DNA of 64,000 nucleotides, taken from assembly GCA_000165425.1 (NCBI GenBank), contig CT868676.1:66981-130980 (forward strand), read 5' to 3'. The notes under the pieces were generated by a model. It ran no database searches, was not told the origin of the DNA, and worked only from the letters and a program-made list of their open reading frames with translations. Source of the DNA: Paramecium tetraurelia (Eukaryota). Below are positions 27,546 through 40,594 of the stretch, piece after piece. Numbering within the stretch: the stretch's first letter is position 1; each line of letters starts with the position of its first letter. The position numbers and the translations under genes are program-made.

Positions 27546-29341
27546 TCATTCTAATTTATTCAAAAATTATGATATTTCATTTTTAATTTATGATGTTAGA
27601 TTGACTAAGTTAATATCCTTTGCTTTTAACAATTTATTAAAATTAGGCAATTTCACAATTTTATCAAATTACAGAATCAATGTTTCATATGCCTTTTGTC
27701 GATTCTAATTTTTGTCCTACACTTTATTTTACAATTGTTTTCTTGTATTTTTATATTGTAAAATATTCTATTTGTAATAAAACAAGATTACATCTTTCAT
27801 TTGGCCGAAACAAAATTTAATAAATTCCAATCCTTTGATATTTTAATATGAGTATTTTGAGTTTAGTAATAGTGTTGCACTTTCCAACAATAAGAATGTA
27901 TCTTCTGCCTATAGTTTTCTCTATGCTGGATCAAATCTTAACATAGCAAACAAATCAATAAGTGCAGAGTTATCATTACAACTATTGGAATATAATAAAT
28001 AAACTTACCGACGAATTTGTTAAATGCATTATTTCATATCATTTTGAGCGTACAAATTTATAATTGGCTTTAACTTTGATATTCTTTCATTTAGGATCAT
28101 TTTGACTTTGCTGTGGTCTAAGGAGATTTCGTTTATGATTTCTACTTGGATGTATTTATCTTAAATTGATTTTGAAAAAAGTATTTAAGAGAATTTAAGA
28201 GAGAGATTTTAAGTTGTAATTATGTCATCAGAAACCTATGCTTCTTATTCATAACTTTAGTCTAACTTTTCATCAGATTATGTTGGGTAAAAGCATTAGT
28301 CAAATTACATTAATTATGAGAAGGGAATTTAGCTATCTTATATTTATGCTTAACTGTCTTCTACTTATTGAGCATTTAAATCAAGTTAAAAAGTATGCAA
28401 CTTTAAAATGTCACCTCTTTGCTCCAATACTTAGACAACACCATTTTCAAGTTTAATGTCTTGTATTCTTGACCAATCCATCTCTATTGAATTCAATTAT
28501 ATCAATTCAGTATTGAACAAGTCCAGAACATCTTATTAAGCACAAATTAAGATCTCCTTTTCATAATCAAATATCATTTTTTAAATAGGTTATTAAGTTA
28601 TTGAAATTTGATTCTTCTATAAATAAAGGAAATACTTGAGTTTATTTAATAATATCCCATTCTTAAATCGTATATTTTTCTCCACTTGTATATAATGTAT
28701 CGGAATTTTTTATCATCAATAAGTTGTGTACAGAATCTTGATGATCAATTAAGCCTTAAGATTAGGAATAATTTCTAAAATCCCAAATACTGATAGTTTC
28801 ATCTTGAGATCCGCAAATAAATTGAAATTTCTCCGAATCTGCAACAATGTCATTTATTTATTGCTTATGTTGCTTAATTTAAGCTATTGGCATATTTTAT
28901 CTCAAGTCATGAATCATAATCACTGAATCTTAAGACCCACTTATGAACGTATTAATATCATAATTAGTTAATTTTGTAATAGCTCCATTATGCAATGCTT
29001 TTGTTTCTTATTCTAATCAAAATTAATCAAGAATTTTACAGATTTATTGTTCTAACTATAGAATAAGAATCCTCCCTTCTTAAGTCCCTTCTAGTATTAA
29101 GTTAGATTATTTGCTAAATTCAATACACGAAATCTAGACAGAATTACTTAAAGCCTAAATAATTTATGATCTAACTACAATAAGGGGTTAATAGATTTAA
29201 TCTGACCATAAAAATAGATTTTTTTCATTCACGCTAATGAATTGATTTTAATGTGGGGAAAATTTGGAACAAATAATTTCACTTTTGTTTAAGTAATCAC
29301 CTAGACTTAGGTTGTTTATTACATGTTGTATATTGCTTCAT
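27546..29341 (-). CDS. KATNB1: Katanin p80-like protein (WD40 repeats + C-terminal katanin p80 domain)
   Basis: WD40 repeats (FISGSQDSVIMIHDLR, FICGSQDETISIWDFR), WSRIQDI, and C-terminal SLDHSKVKMILNERISKLKPII...DNSALIDLF...LLNSKY resembling the p80 C-terminal domain; divergent. Confidence 0.7.
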
Positions 29342-29416
29342 ATGTTTTTTTCAACTTGATATATAATTATTATATTAAATAATAAATACACTAATTCTAT
29401 TATTTAAATCAACTTT

Positions 29417-30741
29417 TCATTGAACAATCGATAATGTCTATTTGAGCTGCTCAAATAATTCTTGTTACTCATTAGAGGATAATTAGGAAACATAACCGAG
29501 TACTGTCCCTAACGTTACTGCCTTTGGTAACACAATTTGATGCAAATATAAATAAGAAAACATTCCTGTTAGTATTTAGCAATCCATTCTATCAGTAATT
29601 CCTCCATGTCCTGGGATAGTATCACCAAAGTCCTTGATTTTAATACCTCTCTTAAAACCAGATGCAAAGAACCCACCAAATGGTGAAACCAAACTTGTAA
29701 ATAAACTAAACACCATTGCATGAAGTTAGAAATCACTATAATAAATTGAATCAATTCCAAATATTGAAAAAGGCAAAAACCTTTAAGTAGTTATAAAAAC
29801 ACTTGGTATTTCACATGTTAATGAGGCGAAGGGAGAAAAGGGCAGCTAGTGTTATGGACATGTCAAATACTGACTGCCTTATAAAAAGTAAGCAAACTAT
29901 ATTAACAATATGAGCTTACACAAAAGGATGCAACTAATGTTGAAAAACAGCCTCCGATAAAGCCTTCCCATGTTTTCTTTGGTGATAATTCAATTAAAGG
30001 GGTCCTTCCAAATGATACTCCAAAAATGTATGCAAATATATCATTTGTGATGACCAAAGAACATGGCAATATAAACCAAACAATGCCTAAGAAATAGACA
30101 TTATTATGGATACCTTCAAATATATTCATGATCATGACTGAACTTTGAGCGACTACAAGGATTAAAGTAATGTGAGTCCATCCAAACATTCTAAATTGAT
30201 ACCTATAATATCCTTTTTTAAGTGATAGTGTGAACATCAGAAATCCTGCTACCCATAACATAAATGTTATAATATTATGATAATTCAAAATATATGACAG
30301 TATATGCATTCTAAATGCGTATTCTGATAATTTAGATTAAAAGAGTTTTCCATAACAAAAAAATGTGGCTATTCCAAAGAAGTACCAATTGATTATGGGC
30401 GAATACTTGACATTCACCTCTTTCTCATAATTTCTTTTCAATCCCAAAATTTCCTTAAATATTCCAATATTAGTTAGCAAAACCAATCCAATGATATAAA
30501 TATGGCCTGCCCATAAGACAGCCATAAACCCCAAAATCATAACAATGGTCCAAATCGTTCTTACTACAAAGTTATTATTCTTGATAATTATAGGGATATT
30601 TCTTTCTAAATTGGGCAGTTTATTTTTAGTAACAACTTTTTTGGGAGCTGGACCTCTTCTTCTAATTTGAGTATCAGACATTTCGGAAAAGTCATTGTCC
30701 GTATTTGATTCTTCTTATTGAGAATCGATTTTAGATTTCAT
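29417..30741 (-). CDS. CDS1: Phosphatidate cytidylyltransferase (CDP-diacylglycerol synthase)
   Basis: [69 protein letters not shown]. Confidence 0.96.
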
Positions 30742-30773
30742 TTGTGATTAAGAAAATATATTAATAAATAATA

Positions 30774-32296
30774 TCAGCCTTCTTTATTTAAACCTGTATC
30801 GAATTTTAGCAATTCCTTTTAAATCTTATTTATCTTTTTCATGTTGTAAGTTGATTGCTATTAAGTAGGTTATTAGAAGGGCATGGTAGCATAAGGAAAT
30901 CCTTAGTTGCTAAAGGCTGGCGAGTTAAATAATCTCAATAAGCAAGGCACATCCTACTGGGGAGCACTGGAATCCAAATTATTTGTCGATTTCATATATT
31001 CATCAAACAATTGCAATTGTCCAGAATAATTTTTGTTCCTTATTTCGTAAGGGGATGAAATATTATTGGGACTTTATTCTAAAGATAGTTTCTATCATTT
31101 TTACATAACAAATAATGTAATGGTGAAAACGGTAACATAGGCGAATATACTGGCAATCCAAGTACAAGAGGTTATTATTATTATTGTTATTATTATTACT
31201 ATTGTAATTAGGATTATTATTATTATAAAAATTACTATTAGATTTAAAACTACTATTGTGATTATTCTTATTGATGCTCCTCTTTTATCTCATTCATTAC
31301 ATTATTTTCAATTTACATATATGGCTAATCATTATTATAGAGTACGGTATCCTTGTTATTACTATTGTTATTATTGTTGATGTTATTGTTGTTATTGTTG
31401 TTGATCTATTTTCTAATACGCTTGGTAGTTAATGGAACAGGACCTTCATAATCTTTACCTTATAAATTGGCCAACAATTTATGAATGGCTATGTCTTCAT
31501 TGTCCAATTGCTAATGTAGACTTAATTTATACATTCTGTCTTCTATAATTGTTCATCATAGAATTGTATTAATTTTTTACTTAATTTTCAGTCCTTCCCT
31601 AAATACGTTTAGAAATTAAAGACCATCTTTTTCCTATCTCCTACACGAGCAACAATAATTGCAATTATTCTGGTTAAGACCATTCAGATCTAATTACTTG
31701 TCCTTATAATACTTTTTTAAGTCAGGATTTAAATAATTGTTCCACCTTTCTCGAATCTATTTCGCATGTCTAACTATTTTTGCTGGATTAGCCCTATTAA
31801 AATCAATAGTTATTTGAGTCCAATTCTTATTTTCACTTGGATCGGTAATCAAATTTTGTAGAACTTCATCTTCTTCAGCATTCCAAGGAGCCATTTTTAA
31901 ATTAGTCTTTAACATACTAATCCATTTTAAATTGAGCAATTATTCTGTGACTCCTAAAACAGAAGATAGATATTGCCAATCTTAATCAGACTATGCTATT
32001 AATAAAAAATACAGGATTTAGATCAGTCTTAGTTGTTAATTCAAAATATTTCAATACAGTCCAGACAAATAGGATTTTATCTTTCCTGTGCCACTTTGTA
32101 CGATGTTCTTCATTTGTACGTCTACTTTTATTGTAAACATCTACTTTGAAAACTCTTAGAAATAATAATTCAGGATATTTTTGCAAGGCGGAAAGCTTTT
32201 CTCATTTATCTTCAGAACTTTTTTGATTTATTTCAATTTAACAGGTCTATCTTTGAAATCACTGATGTCCTCCAGAAATTAAGCAAAATTTGACAT
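30774..32296 (-). CDS. Three-repeat Myb-like transcription factor with polyQ tracts
   Basis: KWHRKDKILFVW...DWQYLS...NLKW; PWNAEEDEVL...AKQIRERWNNYLNP; EWSQPEQ...GKRWSLISKRIQGRTENQVKNQY. Confidence 0.9.
31172..31402 (-). repeat. Two (TAA/CAA/TAG)n trinucleotide runs encoding polyglutamine in the Myb gene
   Basis: Plus strand reads ttattattattattgttattattattac and ttgttattattgttgatgttattgttgttattgttgttg. Confidence 0.8.
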
Positions 32297-32548
32297 TTTT
32301 ATTATTAAAAAAATAATTATTCAATTCTTTATTTAAATCCTATTATCGATAGCCAAAATAATTTTGAATTGTGAAACATACATGATTTAAATTAAATAAT
32401 GAAATAATGAGTATCTTAATCAAATTTAAAGAATTTGAGTCTAAATTGGTTTAACGACATAGACTCAATTTATTTTAGATATTTCCCTTATCCATACCTA
32501 TCTGATTTTTCAAAATACAATAATTTTAATAACATAAATCATTATAAC

Positions 32549-34110
32549 TCAATAGGTTTTTTTATTTACGGTAATCTTATGCTTGAAATCCCCTATTGCC
32601 TCACTCTTCAATGTAATATAAGGCAAATCAATCAGATATTCCAAAGGCTCTCCATTTTGGATGCACTCTTTATCCAATATTTAATAAACATCCTCAACAC
32701 CTATGTCTCCCAACTAATCTTATGATATGTTATAGAACTTTGATTTTATAAATTAGTATTAACCACTACCAAATTCAATCTGAGAGATGACATGTATTTT
32801 ATTATGAATGATATCGATGTCTTTAATAAATCCTAAACCCAAAAATGTCCCATCCTACTCTACAGCTACCAAATTAAATATAAACACTGAAGCTATTTCT
32901 TCCAAATCATAGAAATTCTTCTTTTCATTTATCACAATGAATTAACATTGATTTGTATCAATAATTTTTAAATCTGTTTCGGAACATAAAGTTAAGTAAT
33001 TTAGATTTTCCACACCAAGGTTTTATGCAATCTTTGAGGTTCGATTCTATTTTCTAATCTAAGGTGTCTCTACCTGAATAGTTTAACCATATGATTCAAA
33101 ATCGATTTCTTCATGAACTATCTGCAATTATGATTTAAATGTGTCAAAATTACTAATAAAGGATTTTTTTGATAATTATTCATATAAATAACTTGATTTC
33201 TCCATAATTTTTTTATGATTGTCTCTTGAAAGCAGGATGCATTTGGAGGGCTACAAAATATTAATTAACTCCTAAATTATAGTTATTCCATAACTCGTTA
33301 TGAAACCAGCAGTGTTAATCAATAATGGATAATCCTTCAACAGTTGAGATTAATTGTAGACATCCAATGCCTAGGTCACTTTATGGAAATAGAGATCAAA
33401 ATAATTAAAGACTTGGAATTCCCCAACAAATCCTTAAAATAAAATCTGGGGTTTTGATAAAAATAGAGGCAATTCTAATTTTACAAGGGTAACAAAACCA
33501 GGTAAAATGATAGCTTAACCCAGATCAGTATCTAAAATAAAAACTTGATTGGAATTCAATAACTTATTTGCATATAATTACAAACTTGTTGATTTTCCTA
33601 CTTATTTTTCACCAATGAACATGACACTTCTGTCTTAGCAGTCAAAAAGTTCCTATTTTTAATCAGTCAAAATATAACCAAAGTCACTAATTTCATAGTG
33701 ACCATAAATTAACAAAGTTAATTCCTTAGGTTAATTTTTTAGAATGTAATTCATGAATTCCAAATATACTTCAGATTATACTTATGATGATTAAAATTTT
33801 GTTAAATAATCTTCAATTTTTTAAGGTACATTGTGAGCAATTACAGTGACAAACTCTGTACTGCTGAATTCATAAATTTGAGTTTTCCTTACTTCATACA
33901 AATCCATTTCCAAATATCCATTAACAACGACAAATTAAAATTGACCTCTAATGTGAATTTACTATAATTTTTATGAAAATGTTTTACTTCTTTATGAGTG
34001 AGTTTTATCTATTGAATTGTTTCTGATTCAAGCTAAGTTGCTGATTATTTTCTTTTTTTTGAAGGTTTTAACAATCTTTTCTTTTTTAGGATTTTTTTAA
34101 TTGAATTCAT
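32549..34110 (-). CDS. NOL9: Clp1-family polynucleotide 5'-kinase (NOL9/Grc3-like)
   Basis: Walker A FIGEKQVGKST, ILDTDLGQ, PLLINTAGFITSYG, LGLGFIKDID; basic NLS-like N-terminus. Confidence 0.8.
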
Positions 34111-34137
34111 TACAATTATTTTTAATATATTAATAAA

Positions 34138-35600
34138 TCAAAGTTTGGCTAGAAACTAACGAAGTTAATCCTACTTTAGTGTTGCTTTCTCCATAAATGA
34201 CTTAAATTCATTCCAAGTAAGCTAATTTAATGATAAACAAAATACAAAAATCATCTAATTCTAATTGGATTAATGTCCTTTGTTTCCCTTTTGTAGTGAA
34301 ATAACAATTTCATTTATCAAATCATCGACCATTTCTTCAAAATTTTTCTCAGATTTTAATTTCTGAAAAATCAAAAAAAATAACTACCTTAAAACTGACT
34401 CTTAGATCTTTCATTGAGTTTTTCAGTAAGTCTTTAATATCTTAAATCGATAACATCCCATTATGATCCTTATCATATTCATTAAATTAATGCTACAAAG
34501 TGCCCCTAAAAACATATTTACCTTTTTCCAATACACAGAGATATTTAATCCATTCATCTCTTGTAATTCTCCCTGATTAATCCATATCTAGAATTTCCAT
34601 TTCAGTTTATAATCTGTAATAATCTGGCTTATCTCCTTCATATGCATAGATTAAGTATTTCAATTCTGACATAGAGACTTCGTTATCACAATTGATGTCA
34701 GAAGCGTCAAAGGCTGCCCAAGCGTTCATTACATCTTAATAAGCTTATTTACAAATCCATCCATCCTGTTTTTGATCTAAGTAAGCATTAGAGGAATCTT
34801 GTAAAGTTTTAAAAAGTAACTCCAGAATATCTAACTATTAATTATTGAATTCATTCAAAAATATTTGTTTTATTGATTCCAATTCGCATTACTCACATTT
34901 ACCATTTCCAACTGCATTTATAAAAAAGTTTTCATAAAGAATTCTCTTCTCTTTATACCTCCTTCTTGCATTTTCATATGTTTAGATAAGGGCATACTTT
35001 AACAAAAAGTTTTATAATTCAAAATTTCCAATTATCCACAATTTAAACTCATTGAAGGAAATAGTATAACTGTAATCTCTATCCAATTCTATAAATAGTC
35101 TTTCTGCATAGAAATCAATATCTTTTAATGAAGGAGCAGGTAAATGAACTAACTTACATAAACCACAAATGCATGTTTCTAAAGCTACTACTAGTTCAGC
35201 CTTCTCGATTTCACCTGACTTATCAGTATCAAATAATTGAAATATGAACTACAATTTAAGTTCTTGTTCTTCATCGCTAAATATTGTCTTTAAGTTAATT
35301 CATTTAATTACCAAAACAGCTAATGATTCATAAATATCGTTAGCCCCTTCTAGTGTAGATTTAGAAGACAAGAGAGAGAATACAGGTTATGTCCAAATTT
35401 CTAATATTGGGTTGAATACATCACAATAATCACTATACTCTAAATACTTTGAATTTGGGAATTTAGTATTTAAAATATCAATAGCCTGCTTAAAAATATC
35501 TCTATACATCATTAATGTGTTGAAGTTTACGAGATTTGAGAAATTCAATCATTTCTCTATCAAGTTTTTGTTTAGGTTTTGTTTTAAAATAGTTTCCCAT
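34138..35600 (-). CDS. Multi-EF-hand calcium sensor, possibly N-myristoylated (NCS/calcineurin B-like)
   Basis: Starts MGNYF; EF loops DTDKSGEIEKAE, DRDYSYTISFNE, DINCDNEVSMSE, DMDQSGRITRDE, DKDHNGMLSIQD; first intron 35486-35507. Confidence 0.88.
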
Positions 35601-35979
35601 TAAAAATTTATGATAAATTTTGATTACAAAATAGAGATAAAAATGTGATTATTCCATATATGATTTTCTTTCTTTAATAATGAATAAAAACTTATTATAA
35701 AAGATCAAGTAGCATCTAGAAAATTATTTATATCTTATATAGTAATGGAATTTATTTATTTATTGTTAGATCATATTGGTTAGATAATATCTAAAATTTT
35801 TGTATCTTATTTTAAATATCTTAGAGTTATGTTTAATTTGGAAAAATACTTATTTGTAGGAGTGAAAATAAATATGAAAAATAGTAGTAGGAATATTTCC
35901 ATAATTTTAATGATATAGATACTACATATTAGTACCAATATATCAGAAATATAATATTAAATTAACATATTAAAAAATA

Positions 35980-37085
35980 ATAAAATGCAATAATGATGGC
36001 TTCTTTTATGGATAGTTTAGGTCTAATATTCTGTTATCAAGGCAGGAGAAACTCAATTTCGTATATAGTTGATATCAGGGCTTCAAATCTTAGATAATGG
36101 TTTAATAAATCGTAAGAATATATTAGAAATGATTATTAGGAAATTCAGATTTGTAATTGCATTCAAAATTATATTTGATTATAAAGATATTCTTTTATCC
36201 TAAATCAAAATTAGTCTGATTATTTGTTTTGAGTATGGTTGCAATTCAAGTAGTGGACCAATTTGGAAAAAATAATAATCCTTTTTGATCTTTTGCTTGT
36301 TCAATATTGCTAATATTAATCTTATATTCACAACCTATACGTAAACAAGATTTAATTTTTATGATTCTAAGAAAGGATTCATAATAGACTAATAATTTTA
36401 TAAAATCTAAGTAGCTCAGTTATCCAAACGGGATTACATCACAATCTTCAATAATAATACAATCGACTAAGCCATTCTATAATAGAGAGATTAATTTATT
36501 GATTTGTAATTTATTTATAATGGTAAAAATCTAAAAACTACTATAATATTATAATTATAATTAAGATCTATTTGTCATAAATATTATTTATTTAAGTTCT
36601 TTTAAGGATTCATAGCTAATTAGCTTTGGAACTATTATTAAAACTGGCTTAATTTTCAATCTGGTGAATCCTTTTTTTCTTAATTTAAATAGGTATTAAT
36701 TATTTATTTTCTCCATACTCAACTTTTGATCATCTGCAATATTTCATATTTTTATGACTTTATGATTTTATTTTAATAAAACTTATGGTCTCCCTTAGAT
36801 GCAATTTTACAAAAAATAATTATTTTGAAAATAATGGGTTATCCACGATTATTTGATAATCTTTTCAATGCTGTTATCTTTCATTTCTAAAAGGTATCAC
36901 TGTTATTTAGTCTCGACTAATACTTCTTCCAAATATTTGATTTCATATAATTTCTTGATTCTTATCTATATTGATGGTTCATCCTTGATAGTATTCTCTC
37001 TTATTTTTCATAATACGATTTTATTGTTCTAGTTCTTTGTTTATTTTATTCACATTATAAAAAATGCATTAGTAAATATAGAACA
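35980..37085. pseudogene. Coding-like interval with no coherent ORF; possible decayed gene
   Basis: Short protein-like frames on the minus strand repeatedly broken by TGA; unusually long gene-free stretch for this window. Confidence 0.2.
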
Positions 37086-37121
37086 TGTATAATTTGTAGA
37101 ATTGATTGTATAAAAATAATT

Positions 37122-37599
37122 TCACACTTATCTCTGATACTCTTCATTAGGTTATGGTTCATTACTAAAGGCTTTGATGAAATTCAAAAAGCCTAAGATA
37201 GTTAATCCTACTTCAATCCACCAAGTTGATGCAATAGTGTCATAACCATCTTTATACTAAATTTAAATAAAAATGAATTACGTATTTTGCCCCAACTATC
37301 ATACCGATAAAAACTAATATAAATCCTAACCATAGACTTCCAAAGATTCCAAGTTTTATGTATTTGTGTGGGAAAAAGTAAGTTGCAACCAAGCCCATAA
37401 AGGCTAGCATCATGAAAACTTATCCGGAAATTGCGAATCTCACATAAGTCAAATTTTGATTTCGATGAGGATGTTCATTCATATAAGAATATTCAGTTAA
37501 TAGAACGATCTCTATCATGAGAAGTGCTAGATTGCTAATTGCTAATTGCTTTTTTGCATCCCTATAATAGAATATGTGAATTCATTACAATTCAACCAT
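37122..37599 (-). CDS. Small four-transmembrane protein of unknown family (tandem paralog B)
   Basis: MVEL|DAKKQLAISNLALLMIEIVLLTEY...FAISGQVFMMLAFMGLVATYF...GIFGSLWLGFILVFIGMIVGAKY|YKDGYDTIASTWWIEVGLTILGFLNF; introns 37562-37588 and 37257-37281. Confidence 0.85.
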
Positions 37600-37633
37600 A
37601 AAAATGATATTATAATATAATTTATTATGAAAT

Positions 37634-38335
37634 TCATACAACTTATTGTTATTGAGTGAATTAAGATTCATTGTTACCCATCATAACTACTTAACTTTAA
37701 TTTGCTTATGTGGAGGTGTTCTAGGCTTGCTTCTTTGAATCATCAGTTTCCTCTTTCTTTTGATTTTTACCCTCCATATTTTAATTTCCTTCCTATTGTC
37801 TGAAATTGTGCAAATTCACTAAACTCATGATGTACAGAGTCAATTGGATGAACCAAAATGCCACTGGAGCATTAAAGCTTACGCTTACTTATTCCATCTG
37901 AAATCATAACTAATGTAAAATACCTCTGATTCTTGAATTCCCATTCCAACCAACAATATTAAAATAGAAAAGGTATTAATTCCAAAAATTGCGTATAACA
38001 TTTTTTAATTATATCTGTAGATCAGCAAAATCTATAAACACCAAGTGATCATCAGAAAAATACTTCCTGTTACAGATAAGCCTTTATAAGCTTTGATTTT
38101 ATTCTCAGCATCATTAATTTAAATCATCTCACTAGCAGTAATTTTAACTTTATCAAGATCAATATCTATACTATTATAAATATGTTTAATTACAGTAGGT
38201 CCGTTTCGATAGTAGCATAATAGGCCAACGTCACAATCTCAACTACATTTGAGCAAACAAATCCAATCACTTTATGCGTATTATCCGATCTATTACATGA
38301 CGCTTAAATACTTACAATTCAAGTGAGAATTTCAT
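37634..38335 (-). CDS. Small four-transmembrane protein of unknown family (tandem paralog A)
   Basis: MKFSLEL|SDNTHKVIGFVCSNVVEIVTLAYY...LSVTGSIFLMITWCLQILLIY...AIFGINTFSILILLVGMGIQESE|MEQVSVSFNAPVAFWFIQLTLYIMSLVNL; three introns. Confidence 0.85.
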
Positions 38336-39147
38336 GCTGATTTAATTTGAATATTTTAATTAATAAAATAAATTCAAAAACATTTTACTTATCTATAGAA
38401 GTATCTACCTTGAAACTGATGAACAATAATTAATTTTGATATTATTAACATCCATATTAGGACACCATACCCTTTACTACATGATTTATTTTTATTTAAA
38501 ATGATATTCTGCAAATTAATATTATCATCACTCACTCTTTTATAATTAATTAATAAACTAAGAAATCTTAATCCACATAATTATTTTAAGCTTTATTCTA
38601 TCTAAAAGTTAACCTTATATGTTATTATATAGATTGGAATATTTAAATTATTAATGTATTATTCACTACTCCCTCGAAATTTAAGTTAGTTAGATTGGAA
38701 TAGCAGATCGATCATTTGTTAAGATTGAAAGGGAGTTTGATAATAAATGAAATAATTATTACTCTATGCTGTAGTTTTATTTAATATCTACTAATAGGTA
38801 GCCGATTAATCCATTTTTATCAAAGATAAAGGGGCAATATTATGATTAAGTTCTTTGTAACTGTAAATCATATTATAATATCATTTTAATATGCCATTTA
38901 AAAAGTTATTAAAATCTGAATAAGCTTTGATTCTAGACAATATTTTAATCTTGAGTACGGTAAACATCTTTTATGAAATTAGAATCTAAAATTATATTAA
39001 GCTATGATTAATTTAGAATGAAGAGATTAAAGAAGAATTATTATCAAAAGATAATAGGAAGAGTTAGATACTTTAATAATGATTATTATATTAGTTTGAA
39101 TAACATAATTATAGAGTGTATTATAATTTATATTAAATATATATTAA

Positions 39148-40157
39148 ATGTCTGAAAATGATGTTATATTAGTAACATCATCCTATGATCATACTTTTAT
39201 ATTTTGGGATGCTACAACAGGACAATTGAAAGAGGAGATCAATTACGGGGAAAAGGTGATTGTAAACAGAATTGACATCTCTCAAGACAAGAAGCATCTG
39301 GCTGCAGGTGGCAACTTTTTTGCTTCTTATTATGATGTGATCTCTTAGAAGAAGTAGCCTGTTTATGTTTATGATGGATACAAGAATAATATAACGGGAA
39401 TTGGATTTTTGAAGGATAGCAATTTCTTTTATACTTGTTCTGAAGATGGATTTATTAGAATCCATGACCTTAGATCAAATAGTAATTGAATTCAATAATA
39501 ACTTAGATTTATCAAGAGAATACTAGGAGAAGGAACCATTGAATACCATATGTTTGCATCCGAATGAGACTGAATTGATCGTTGGAGATTAAATGGGGAA
39601 TGTGAAGATATATGATTTCTAGCAAAACAAGATAAGATTGAAATTATCTCCCTGTCCCGAAGTTGGAATTAGATCGATATCTATTGCTTATAATGCTAGT
39701 CAGATTGTAGCTGCTGATTCTTAAGGACAATGTCATACGTATATGATGAATAACATGGACCTGACTGAACAGAGTTTGTTGTATAAGTTCGAGGCTCATC
39801 AAGATTACATACTCAAGGCTTCAATTTCTGCAGATTTAAGATATTTGGCTACTTGCAGTGCTGATAAAACAGTGAAGTTATGGACTTTGAATGAGAAAAA
39901 TTTAGGGAATGACAAATATCCAAAATGGGAATTGTTTTCAACTCTATATGGTAATCAATAGCGATACAATATTTATAGGTCATGGTAAATGGGTATGGGA
40001 CTGTGCATTCTCTTGTGACTCAGAGTATATCATTACGGCATCATCTGACTTAACAACTAAAATATGGCAAACTGATAGTGCTGCTGTGCTTAGAACTTTA
40101 AAGGGACATAAATAGGCTGTTACTAGTTTATCAATTAATGATATAGCAATTGATTGA
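39148..40157 (+). CDS. LST8: TOR complex subunit LST8 (WD40)
   Basis: VILVTSSYDHTFIFWDATTG, YTCSEDGFIRIHDLR, LHPNETELIVGDQMG, LATCSADKTVKLW, WVWDCAFSCDSEYIITASSD. Confidence 0.95.
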
Positions 40158-40594
40158 TATTAACATTATCACTTCTTCTTTTCCTTCTTTGTATATCCCT
40201 TTTATAATTGACCTTTTTGAATACATTAAAATATAAGAGTTTTTCAAAATCTATTCTTCATTTAAAATTAGATAAATATAAGGTGATAATAAATTCTATT
40301 AGTAAAATTTCTGATTCCATTTTGAGAAGATGTTTTATACAAAATATTAATTATGCAAATTCCTAATGACATACTAACTCATTCATATACTTCAAATTAT
40401 GATTATTATTAATAATATCAATTAAAAATTATCTTATATTTTAAATCATACTCTACTTAAATGTATAAATTGACATTTTCAACATCAACTAATTTCAATT
40501 TTATAGTTAATATATAAATATTCAGAGTGGTAATGATAAAATGAATTTCAATGAATTTAAAATAGTAAAATAATTATATAATTTTAAATTTGAA

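Noticed and set aside
30580..30602. Intron-like GA...AAG segment in the first exon of CDP-DAG synthase
   Set aside because: It has no GT donor, and removing 23 nt would break a frame that is already open.
35478..35530. Apparent +1 frameshift at TTT TAA (Euplotes-like slippery site) in the EF-hand gene
   Set aside because: A canonical 22-nt intron (35486-35507, gtatagag...taagcag) restores the frame (HIND|AIDIL), and TAA is not a stop in this code.
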